Assembly: GCA_051362555.1 (NCBI GenBank)
Contig: CM120641.1
Coordinates: 9,734,001 to 9,798,000 of the forward strand
DNA length: 64,000 nucleotides
Reading direction: 5' to 3'
Source: Lingula anatina
Lineage: Eukaryota > Animalia > Brachiopoda
Made by a program: the position numbers and the translations under genes. This document shows, in pieces, positions 51,601 through 62,144 of this stretch. The notes below the pieces were generated by a model that worked only from the letters and a program-made list of their open reading frames with translations, did not search any database and was not told the origin of the DNA. Position 1 is the stretch's first letter. Each line of letters starts with the position of its first letter.

Positions 51601-53188
51601 AGGGAGAATGGTCTTACTGTTGCACATGATATAAACACCCTTACGTGAATATCGTCTTTTCATCATACTTATACAACTATACAGGTCCTCTGGTAGAGAT
51701 TTGCATATTTTCAAAAGCCAGTCAGAAGCAGTAAATGGTTTGTAGAGACAAAATCAATTTTTTCTGGCCATTTTGCAGTGATTATGCATGCATATCTATA
51801 GCAGGCGACATAAAGTGGGGGTTTGTGACGACGGATTGTCTAGCGTCTAGCCAAATAAACCTTGAGTAAAAAAATATAAGTAGGAAGTTTACGGGAGCAT
51901 ATCTCTTAAAAAGTCAACGTCTCGCGTCTTTTGTGGAAGAAAATTGATAAAGCGGCAATGCGTAGAAAATATTAGGAAGAAAAAAAGTACCAGGTCGTAA
52001 AACAGCAGCCCCTGTATAGTCGCGACAGTTTGATGGGTTCACTTGCTTTGTGAAGTTTCCAAAATTGAAACGTGAAAAACAGCTGGGTTAGAAGTCGGAC
52101 GTTCTATACCTTCGCCCTGACCAACGTGATGGCAGTTTTCTTTTATATCAAAATTGTGTCAACATTGCCAGGCTCAGAAGTAGGCCTATAATTACAAAGT
52201 TCCATTATATATTGTCCATAAGCGGAAGTAGAATAAAAGAACTTTAAAATAAACACAACTGTATAAATTCATTAAAGCAAAATAGCATGCACTGTGGCAT
52301 CTCTTTCCTCTTTTATTTTCATAAATTAGATTGAAAGCAAAAATGAACAGTGCAAAAATAATCCGCTTTGTAATTAATGACAGTATGATAAAGAGATGAC
52401 AGCTGTGATTAAACAGGAAGACGACTTTAGATATCAAAATCATTGATGGCTGACAGGTATCATTCAGTCCTGTATAATATATTATAAGCGAATGACCACA
52501 TTTTCAAAATCCGACCTTTTCTAAACTACAAACGCAACAATAAAACACAGTTCACACACACACCCTTGTTCTTGTATGAAATACAGCAACGTGCGCAAGA
52601 CAGTGGGGCAATATCCATGCTGCCATTAATACAGTTTAATGTCCGGCTTAACGATTGTTTGTCATTCGATATATAATCAAGAACCGTGGTCTACCTGCTC
52701 AGCTGTTTGTCGTCAGGTTGGCTCGCTTAGTAGTATAATGGCTGTGAGACACGAACGTTGTGGTGCTGTCAGTGCACGACCTTTTCCCTCTGGTATGTGA
52801 CAAGTTGTGTCTTAATTAACCACGCGGGAGATAGAAGCTCACTAAATTATTTTCAACGGTGTTATTTTAGTCCACTGGAAGCCAACGTTATTATTTTTGG
52901 CACGAATGTCTCCAATCTGAACTGGTTATGCCTGTTGATTGGGCGAATAAAAAAAACCTTCACGAAAAAGTGCTTTTGACACTTCCCCGATTTTCACTAT
53001 TAATTTGCAGGAGTGGGGAACTTTTTAGTAAGGCAAGCTTTGCGCACTCCTCTGCGCTCCTGATTGCGTCCTTCAGTCACAAAGTAAAGTAATACTGATT
53101 GTAAAACTAAACACAGTATTCACATTGTATTTACAAAGCTATGTACACGTTTTATCACAATATTTAATAAGGTGTCAAAGTTGACTGG

Positions 53189-53809
53189 TCACGTTTCCAA
53201 TTCTATATCTGGTAATTTCTGAGCCATGCAGCGACATTCCTTGATTTTCAGAATACGTTTTCTCTTGATTGCCGGGCGACTCCCAGGACACCGCAAAGTC
53301 ACTGTAATCCATGAGAATCGTTTAGGTCGGCAAAATGAACATGATGTGAAAGCATCTAAACCACTGTCTTTTCTTCTCCCACTTTTTGGAATAAAAAACG
53401 AATTGCACTGACCATAACAAAAGCTGTTTATAATGACTCGTTTCAAACAGCCTGGTTCCCGGATGACTTGGCGCAGGCGTTCTGTCTGACACCATTCCTT
53501 TTTCAAATAATTTTTCGTTGTCACTGTAAAAGCTTTTCTGCTCCCTCGAATTAAGTTATTTTCTTTTCCGCCTTTCTTTTTTCTGCCAACACTTAAATTT
53601 GGCTGATTTGGAATAAGTGGATTTTTCGATTGTAAAGTTGGTGTGCGGAATATGTCTAACGTTCTTTTGTTCTGTCTTCCTTTGTGACGCTGTTTTGATT
53701 GCGCGTGATCACGCGCACTGTCCACCATGCTGCACATTTGTAGCATGCACGCACACACGAGCGCTAGTCCGCAATACTGAGCCATGGTCCCTTTATGCGC
53801 CCACCTCAT
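53189..53809 (-). CDS. GREM1: Gremlin (DAN/CAN-family secreted cystine-knot BMP antagonist), 206 aa, single coding exon
   Basis: Hydrophobic signal peptide (YCGLALVCACMLQMCSMVDSA). Gremlin signature GSRKAFTVTTKNYLKKEWCQT...GC...IINSFCYGQCNSFFIP...FTSCSFCRPKRFSWITVTLRCP...KECRC with the nine conserved cysteines. Very basic, heparin-binding type. Co-orthologue of GREM1/GREM2. Confidence 0.95.
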   Translation of the reverse strand: MRWAHKGTMAQYCGLALVCACMLQMCSMVDSARDHAQSKQRHKGRQNKRTLDIFRTPTLQSKNPLIPNQPNLSVGRKKKGGKENNLIRGSRKAFTVTTKNYLKKEWCQTERLRQVIREPGCLKRVIINSFCYGQCNSFFIPKSGRRKDSGLDAFTSCSFCRPKRFSWITVTLRCPGSRPAIKRKRILKIKECRCMAQKLPDIELET

Positions 53810-54187
53810 TCTGCGTGTGTCTGCATTGGGCCTATTTAACAGAATACGCAGCCTTCCGGATCCCTCCTCTTTAAATACGTTCTAAATGGACTGATAAAAC
53901 TGACAAGCACTAGAGTGATTTGGGTTTGTTGCGTGCTTCCCCCATTCAGGCAGCGTCACGCCGCCAAGACGGGTCCCCCTCTCTCGCTCTCACATGTCGC
54001 CGTTCTTATCTCAGGCACTCTCCATGCACCGATATTGTCATAAACCCGGATAGAGTTTCCCCGCACACAATACTTCAAAGTTGCTACACAACACTGTCGG
54101 CGGACGTGGAAATATTGCCCATCTGGTCCACAGACGAACTGAGAAGGTGGTGAAAATGAAGTTGGAGCCGTTCCTGTCAAAGTCAGC

Positions 54188-54193
54188 TTTATA
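54188..54193 (-). promoter_or_regulatory. Candidate TATA box of gremlin
   Basis: TATAAA on the minus strand about 380 bp upstream of the ATG, in a CpG-rich promoter-like zone. Confidence 0.4.
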
Positions 54194-56921
54194 AGAACTG
54201 AGCGAAGCATGTCACCCGGCATGACGGCAGTGGTGATCACGGAAAGAGGGTCCACCAGATCAGTCTAAAGTTGTCTTTTCAAATGTCAGCTCCCGGGGCG
54301 GTGTCACCGGTCTATCAAAAGACGGAGACAGGGGTTTTCCTGCAGATGCCAGTCTATGATAACTGCCTAAGCTGAGCCTTGTACCGCCACTGCTCTTTTA
54401 CAAAATAAAATCCTTGTTTTGGTTACCGAGCTAGAAACAACGGTCTGATCAGGTTTTGTTGCGTTGCTGGTCATATCTCTGGTATAATATCCGTAATACG
54501 ACAATCAGTTATAAGTTTAAAAGTAGATATTGTGAAAGAAGAGAAAGATGCAGATGTCAAACCGTGGGGTGCTGAATTCGTACACCACATTTTTTATGAA
54601 GTCATTAGCGATGAGGGCATGCTTAACAAGTGATTTTTATCTCCTGACAGCCGTTTTACCGGTACTAAAAAAGACACATGACACGCCTTATCCAGGGACG
54701 AAATATGTCATAAAAAGTTGAGAAGTATTTCATCTAAATTTCAAATCTGAAAATATCTTGTTTATCAATTAGGCTCTTATTAAACGGTAAATAGACTGAA
54801 AGATTTTTAATGGAGAACAACAGCGAAAGAATGTTATCGTATAAATTTCTAGGATTGTTTTTTTCTACAACAATGGAGGGGAAGTAATAATGCAATTATA
54901 AGAATGGCATGCAAAACAGCGTAGGGAAACGGGGGGAGGGGGTAGGGGGGGGTAGGGACCATGGTTCACATGTGGTTCACAACATCCGATCTCTACCAGA
55001 GAATTTATTAAAACATGTTCTATGTTTGACATGTGCACGATTTAGGAGTGCAGCCTTATACATAAACCTATACCTTGTGTGGAGCCGTGCACGTACACGA
55101 AATGATGTGTGTGAATCTAACTCGCAAAATTCGCTCATGCTTTACCGTGAGTTTTTTTATTCAAACTTCGGCACCAACTTCACTTATAACCATCATCTAC
55201 AAAAACACATCGCCATGAAAATACGTTTTTATTCACTTTTAGTGTAAATGGGATAGCTGTTATAGCGGGGATTCAATATACAGACCAAAGCTTGCGGATT
55301 AGTCTTCGAGTGTGCACTGTAATCTAATAAAGACGCAGAATCAGCCTCCACGCGTCCGACTGGCGCTTGTACAACCGCCCTGTCTTGTGAGCTTTAGCTA
55401 AAATCTATCAATATCACCCCACGCTCTGAGTCTCTCTCTCTCTCTTTTCTTTCAAAAACATTTAAAGCCTCATCATTATTATACCACCAAAATATCCCAT
55501 TTAGCTTTCTTCAAATTTCAAATTGCAGCAAAGTCATTTTTCAGAGCATCGTGATAAACCCCAAATATAATCATGACAATTATGGTATTTGAAACTTTGT
55601 TACTGTTAGCTATCATAAATCCTTTGAAGAATATTGCAACATTTCAAGTATCGTTTTGCCGAAGGCACTATCGTCTCTGCGGGTGCTTTAGTCGTGAGCT
55701 TAATTCAGCATTCAGATCGCCCATGTTGCTTACTATACTTACACACTTAACCTCTTTGAAGAATATTACAACATCCTTTTGCTGAAGGCTTACCCATATA
55801 CACAGCAGCTAGAGTAATTTGGGGGAAGTCAGTGCAACTTATATCTTTTACTAAAATTGGCATAGATTAATTATTTTTTCATTCGTTATTTTTCCACGTT
55901 CTTTTCATTGATCCTTTAATATATTTTTTATCATATTTACTAGGTGTTTTATATACATTTTATATTGTTTCTTAGTATTTTATCATCCATATGGGTCCAA
56001 ACCGTTCAAGCACGATGACTTCTGTATAAATTTTCAGGCACCATGATAAGACGATCACTGATTATCTGAATGATTGATCATCCAAGGCAGATATTATCTT
56101 TTAATACTAGACAGGAAATTCGTCTCAGTTCAATTACTTCTGCATCATTTAACTTATTAGTTATTCACAGCGATTGCATCGTCGCGTTTCACTTTATACG
56201 TTAAGCAATGATAAGGCACCTCCAAACTAACCGATGTAAATGTCGAGCAGAAGTATTCATGTCCCTCTACCAGGGCACTATCGGTGTTGAAAAAGATGAA
56301 ATTGCGTTTTTCAAAGTTGCGATCAGTTGGTCCACCTAACGCAATCTGCCGCCAGTCTAAACTAGATTCACAGTGAATATTAACTATCTTGGGCTTCTTT
56401 TCAATGACATGTCGGTAAAAGAATAAACTATCTCACTTTCTGCACTAATTTTTCTTTCCTTATTTCTTTTCTTTTCTCTCTTTCTTTCTCTCTCTCTCTC
56501 TCTCTCTTTTATTTATCTATTTATTTGTTTATTTATTTTTGTGGAATAAAATTATTGGAATCTGCGGTAGTTAGTTATATATATTTTTTTATCATCTATC
56601 GATCTGCCAAGATCTTGCCACCTGCAACATCTGAAAATAGGCTCCACACCCGCCAATGAGCAATTCATCCTTGAAAAGACATGCTATCATTCAAAATGAT
56701 CGGATATATCACGTTGCGTAGGTGATCTTCTCCCAAGATTGAACTGAAGAAGTGCATCTTACTTCATTACTTTTACCATGTTTCATGCCTGGCGTATAAA
56801 AAACGCAATTTCGTAAAAAACGTTTTTACCTATGTGTGCATGCTGCATAGTCATCAAGCAAAATCCGGTATTCCGAATCTCGAGGAATATTTAATTTATA
56901 TATCAATTTAATTAATTTCTA

Positions 56922-57084
56922 CAAAAAAGAAAGAAAAAACGAACTAACGGCCAGTGATTAATAATGCTTCATATTCTTACCCTTTATTTAGATTGTGTCA
57001 AAAAGACAAAAAAGAAAGAAAAGAAACCTACTAACGACCAGTGATTAATGCTTCATATTCTTACTCTTTATTTAGATTGTGTCA
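56922..57084 (+). repeat. Tandem duplication of a ~80-bp unit
   Basis: CAAAAAAGAAAG...ACTAACG(G/A)CCAGTGATTAAT...GCTTCATATTCTTAC...TTTATTTAGATTGTGTCA occurs twice. Confidence 0.9.
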
Positions 57085-58242
57085 CAATATGTTTATCATT
57101 TCTCCCTGGAGATACAACTTATCACACATTTCTAACTGAGTCCTCTTTCTCCTATTGCTCATTAAAATTTTATGAAGAGAATTGACTGTTCAGTAGTTCA
57201 GCTTTTTTATCCAGGCGGTTTGCCAAAAACGAGATGATCCATTGCAAGAAACACCTGACGTAAACACCTGAACTGCGCTGTCGGGAATGTCAGTGAATTG
57301 TAAGTAGATTGTATGGCTATTAATCGCCAGCTAGGTCCGTAAGCACACCGTAGAGCTGCTGCAGAAAAATTGATGCCACCCTCAAAACTAAACCGCACAT
57401 ACCAAGTAAGATTTGCCAGATTGGCATATGGGCTTTTCTTCATGTTTCTTGATATCTTCTATTTGCAACAGATATTAGGAAGTTTACGGTGAAAATCATT
57501 CAACTTACAAAAAAAAAAAAAAAAAAAACAAGAAAAAAAAATACGTGATATTTTTTTCAGTTGATTACTAAATTGGATTATTAAGTGTACAGCCGGCTAG
57601 GTGTTCTCTCCACTACCCACATTTTCCCTCTCTTTAATTCAGGCCTGCGTGTGTTAGATCGAAGCCAAATAGTTTACCTTTTGCAAGGCCATTAGTAAGT
57701 TTTTTATGTGTACTTGCCTTGATGGATCACACACACCACTTTGTCTGTCTGCCAGAATACTACTCGAATTCCCGGAGATAACCTTCGATAAAACACCTGC
57801 TCTGCCGCGCACTTTCCATATGCTCATATAAAAATCTTCACATGCTTGGAGGACAGAATGTGCGTTTTTGTTTGTCTAAACTGTACTGTTTGAAAAAATA
57901 CAACGGTCGATGCTGACTGATAAAGAAATACCCTTGAGAACATCAAACAAACGTTTTTCGTTTGCGATATGGTAGGCTATCGCATACTGCAAAGTGTCTG
58001 AGATTAATTTCATAATGCGCTATGATCATGAACATTCTAGCTTCCAGAGCAGAAAACATTGCCAGTATATGTGGATTGTATGAATTAAATGAAGTGGTAT
58101 AAAAAGGAAAAAATCAGTGATAGGCGTAATTACTATTTTTCTATTTCTCTTTTATGTCACATCGCAAAAATAATTCAGCAGCAATAGCTGTCAGTGTGCT
58201 GCGAGTTCTCGTTCTCTAAAATAACAAACAGAATTAATAGCG

Positions 58243-58839
58243 CTAATCCCTTTTCTCAGGTTTCCGCTTTCTTCTTTTCCAATAGGTTTTTAATAAGGTG
58301 AATAAATGAACCAAGATTCTTTGAACGATCCTAAACAACTGCTTTAATGTATGCTCTATCCAACCACGCCAATACATTTGGCTATGTATTTGCGCTAGAG
58401 TGGCATCAGTCAGTAGAATAACCATGTCTTCTTCTTTGGCCAAATCCAAGCAGAGATCTCCTTCGTTAGTGAGCAGTGTCACGTCGGCACCGAAAGCGAT
58501 TAGCATGCTGCAAATGAGGTAGAAGCCACCGGCAGCAGCGGTGTGGAGCGGCGTAAAGCCGTTTTTATCTTGAGCATTGACATCAGCGCCGTTACAAAGT
58601 AATAGTTTCACGGCATCAGCATTGTTCTGTAGAACGCTATGGTGCAGCGGCGTAAGACCGATGTGGTTAGGCAAGTTTACGTCGACGTCAACCGCGTCGT
58701 GTTCGTCGTTGTGACATAGAAGCCTAACGAGCTCGGCCACATCGCCATCTTGCACTGCCGACTGAAGCATTGTGTTCACTGGGAAGGAAATACTGCGGCG
58801 ACTCTCCCGACGAACCTCAGCGGGAAGATCTGTTGACAT
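58243..58839 (-). CDS. PPP1R27: Ankyrin-repeat protein phosphatase 1 regulatory subunit, PPP1R27-like (MYPT/PPP1R12/16 N-terminal type), about 198 aa, single coding exon
   Basis: RVxF-type PP1 docking motif RRSISFP, then LQSAVQDGD and ankyrin repeats GLTPLHHSVLQNNADAVKLLLCNGADVNAQDKNGFTPLHTAAAGGFYLICSMLIAFGAD...NEGDL. First ATG at 58839; the ORF track starts at a GTG at 58851. Orthology is tentative. Confidence 0.8.
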   Translation of the reverse strand: MSTDLPAEVRRESRRSISFPVNTMLQSAVQDGDVAELVRLLCHNDEHDAVDVDVNLPNHIGLTPLHHSVLQNNADAVKLLLCNGADVNAQDKNGFTPLHTAAAGGFYLICSMLIAFGADVTLLTNEGDLCLDLAKEEDMVILLTDATLAQIHSQMYWRGWIEHTLKQLFRIVQRILVHLFTLLKTYWKRRKRKPEKRD

Positions 58840-59952
58840 GATGATGATCACAGCCCGATATATAAGATATTGACAAGTTTCATCGTTTTAAATGCACTGG
58901 TATTTCCGTAAATCTTTTTTTGTGATCAAAAATCTCATATCACTCCATATCGAAATCCGTTGTTTCAAGTGATCATTCTCTCATAATGGCGTCTACGTAC
59001 AGCTGCAATCTTCTCCAGGAAGCATCTGTCTGAAATGAGAAGACAAGAACCTGTACGTACTGCAGTTGACAGGACTTGGAATATTAAGATTTCTGCACGC
59101 AATGTAATTTACCTAGGTATCATTCTGCGTTTTAATTAACGTGATAAAACATTAAGGCTTGCCTGTCTACCTGAAAGATCACATTTCAAACAATCCAAAT
59201 TCAGCTGAAAAGCTTGCCTTATTGAATGTGAGGACAGAATTGAATCGAACTGTAGTAAAATACGAAGCGTCGATTTTTGGCTGTATTAGATATATTTATT
59301 GGCAAAATAAATAAATAAAAATATCAAAGCCCTATGTACATGTAGCAATATATTAAAGGCACATGAAATGTGTTGATGAAATAAAAGTGCTAGTCTCTAA
59401 TATACGGTTCAACCTTACCTGGTTAAGCGGAACAGACAGATAATTTTCGAACATCCTATTAAATTTACATATTATGAGATTAATGCAAATACTTGTACTG
59501 TATTTAGGTAGATGTATGGAATATACAATAACATAACATGGTGAAACCTGCGCAGTAACTACTCACTAAAAACCATACGTAGCTGTCTCCTCAAATGGGT
59601 CAGCTTTAAAGTTCTGCACTTAGCACGAATTCTTCTTGGTATAACACTGAAAAATGACCCAGACACTAAAATCACAACTTACAAGTGTCGACCCCCTTTA
59701 AATTCTTAACGGACCACTTATCGGATACCCATTAGGCGCTGAAAATATTCCCTGGTCTGAATAATTGACCAGTTTTGCGTGGTTTGTGAAAATAAAGATC
59801 GTTTTTAAAAGTGTCTTTCTATTGTGTATTGAAGTAGGTGCAAGGTCATTCACTCTATATTAATAACAAGCAATATAACTGGCGTCAGCTTTATTCTTAT
59901 TTTAAGGTGTGCGTTTCACAAGAAAAAATGGTTTCATTAGTTTATATTCTGC

Positions 59953-59955
<3 letters not shown>

Positions 59956-59987
<32 letters not shown>
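59956..59987 (+). repeat. (GA)n microsatellite
   Basis: Direct reading. Confidence 0.9.
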
Positions 59988-59990
<3 letters not shown>

Positions 59991-61379
59991 GAGCCTACTT
60001 GTCTTTTAGTCAATTACTCCAAAGTTCGCTCTTCGTTTTCAATTTTCATCTAACATTCAGGTAAAGGGAACACTGAAAATAATCAAAACGGCAATTATTG
60101 AGATGGAATACCGTTTCCTGGAACTAGGAAATGGAAAGATTATTTGCCCTAAGATGCATGTTAAGCTAAGTGGTTGTTACCTCAGCACCCTGGGGATCAA
60201 AACTTGTAGTACTGATTACGATTGTTTTTCCCTCGCGCGTGATTTCAAACTAAAAAGAAACACTAAGAAAATTGCTCTTTCACAGCAAACAAATTGCAAC
60301 AGTACCCAGGGGGACCCATGCACAACCCAGACAGAAAACATCATTAATGCACGCTATGGAAAATTGGATAATAAAAAAGCTGGTTCGCGTTGGCTCTTAT
60401 ACTGGTTTTTCTTTTTGAAATAAATTCATATTTCCCCAAAAGAGGAGAACATCTGCAGTCCAGTACACCTAACAACTGAGGCTATGTACTGTTTAATTAT
60501 TTTACTATATATTTCATTGGTAGATTCATTTCGTTGGTAGATTTTTCGGTGCCACCTAACCACATAGACAGCTTAGTTTTATATTAGGGGTCACTGGAAA
60601 CTCACCTATGTTCTGTTATTATGCCTCTGGAAACGACAGAGGCAGGCTGATGGTGAGGTGAGGTGAGCTTTCATTATCCTTTGAATTTCGGGGTTAACTA
60701 ACCTCAACCAGACCAGATCTTTCTCTTTTTGCCAGACACAGAATTCCCCGAGATTGAAGGGCAGGGCAAAACAACATTCAAAAAAGGTTACCACACCCAC
60801 TGCATGAAATATCCACTTGGGGCATTTAAACAAACGTTCCGAGGGCATATAATACACGTTATTCATTCCGCTACCCACAGGGAAATAAGATCACTTTTAA
60901 AAGGACTTTTTATATAAAAGATGGCAGGGAAACATAGCCCTTTAATGTCAAAAGGCAAAGCAGTTCTAAAGGGTACAGATATTTGATTAGGTTCTATAGA
61001 CTTTCATTATTTCCCGAGACAAAATACTACGTTTTTATGGCATGCTATGGATTTTGCAATTTTGATTTGCCTGATTTGGTTATATCTATTTCCTGTATTT
61101 CAAAGAAGTAGGTTTTGTTATATAATATACTTTTTGCAAACCTTTTCAGTTCAGGGGCAAAAATGCGTTAAATGGGAAAAACATTCTTCGCGGACTGGGG
61201 GGGGGGGGGGGGGGGGGGCAGTTTGCAAATCCTCCAAAATGAACTCAAACTTTTAGCCTTAAACACTAACGTCATACCTACATTTAAGGCCCCATGTCGA
61301 GTCATCTTCTTGCTAAAATAAATATCACAAATGTAAGAGAGACACAGAAGTTGAAAGGGTATAAATAAACCTAAATATC

Positions 61380-61382
<3 letters not shown>

Positions 61383-61447
<65 letters not shown>
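61383..61447 (+). repeat. Compound (GT)n(GA)n microsatellite
   Basis: Direct reading. Confidence 0.9.
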
Positions 61448-61449
<2 letters not shown>

Positions 61450-61800
61450 TGAGCGTGTTCAAAGGTTGTATCTTAGACTATTTCTTCCAATGTATGTCGA
61501 TCATATATGTTTCTCGTGTAAAAATATCTCCTTTGATTGAAAACACGTTAACTTGCCTGCATCAACGATTTTATGTGGTATCATTTTTAACTCTTCCGAG
61601 GATTTATACCCGACAAGACCGATGCTTAGGTTAGGCCTAGCATGTGGCACTGGGCTTGAAAATGCATGTATTTGATCTTCTCTTCGTTTATATAGAGTGA
61701 CATAGTAGATACATTCAAAATGGCCAAATGATCATTCAATGAACAAGAACTTTGAAAGCACACAAATTTCATACCGCTCCGCATGCTACTACATACATCC

Positions 61801-61937
61801 TACCCTCTACCAGGGCGACAGATTGATTTTCCACAGATATTCACAGATATGTCTCTAGATAAATAGACAGTCATTTTGGTCTGAGGTCATTTCAGCCAAA
61901 AATGTCCACAATAATAATGCGACCCTGGTAGAGGGTA
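61801..61937. mobile_element. Small MITE (about 137 bp) with perfect 15-bp TIRs and an exact flanking duplication
   Basis: TACCCTCTACCAGGG (61801-61815) / CCCTGGTAGAGGGTA (61923-61937). CATACATCC on both sides (61792-61800, 61938-61946). A related end CCCTCTACCAGGGC lies at 56263-56276. Confidence 0.8.
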
Positions 61938-62045
61938 CATACATCCTATAAGAAATCCTGTCTGCGAGTAGATCGTCAATATCCTACCTAAACAGAGTCA
62001 ACTGTGAACAGAACTCCCAGCCTCTGCCCAAGCCTTTTTCACTAC

Positions 62046-62144
62046 CTGAAATATTCTGTGAGTCAAAACGCTTACTGTTGCTGGATTGTTGTCTCCGCCG
62101 TTTGCTGCTGCAGTGCTTGAACGGCAGACAAATCTCAATTTATA
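62046..62144 (-). promoter_or_regulatory. Candidate TATA box and non-coding first exon of the PPP1R27-like gene
   Basis: Minus-strand TATAAA at 62139-62144, donor CAG|GTAGTG at 62046/62045, and a polypyrimidine acceptor GTTCTTGTCTTCTCATTTCAG ending at 59030, upstream of the ATG. Confidence 0.35.

Noticed and set aside
53956-54255. 99-aa ORF upstream of gremlin on the minus strand
   Set aside because: GTG start, no recognisable domain, and it spans the candidate TATA box. Most likely promoter/5' UTR sequence.
54290-55370. BMP-responsive Smad elements (GRCGNC-N5-GTCT) near the gremlin promoter
   Set aside because: GC-rich words are present, but I found no correctly spaced composite site by eye.
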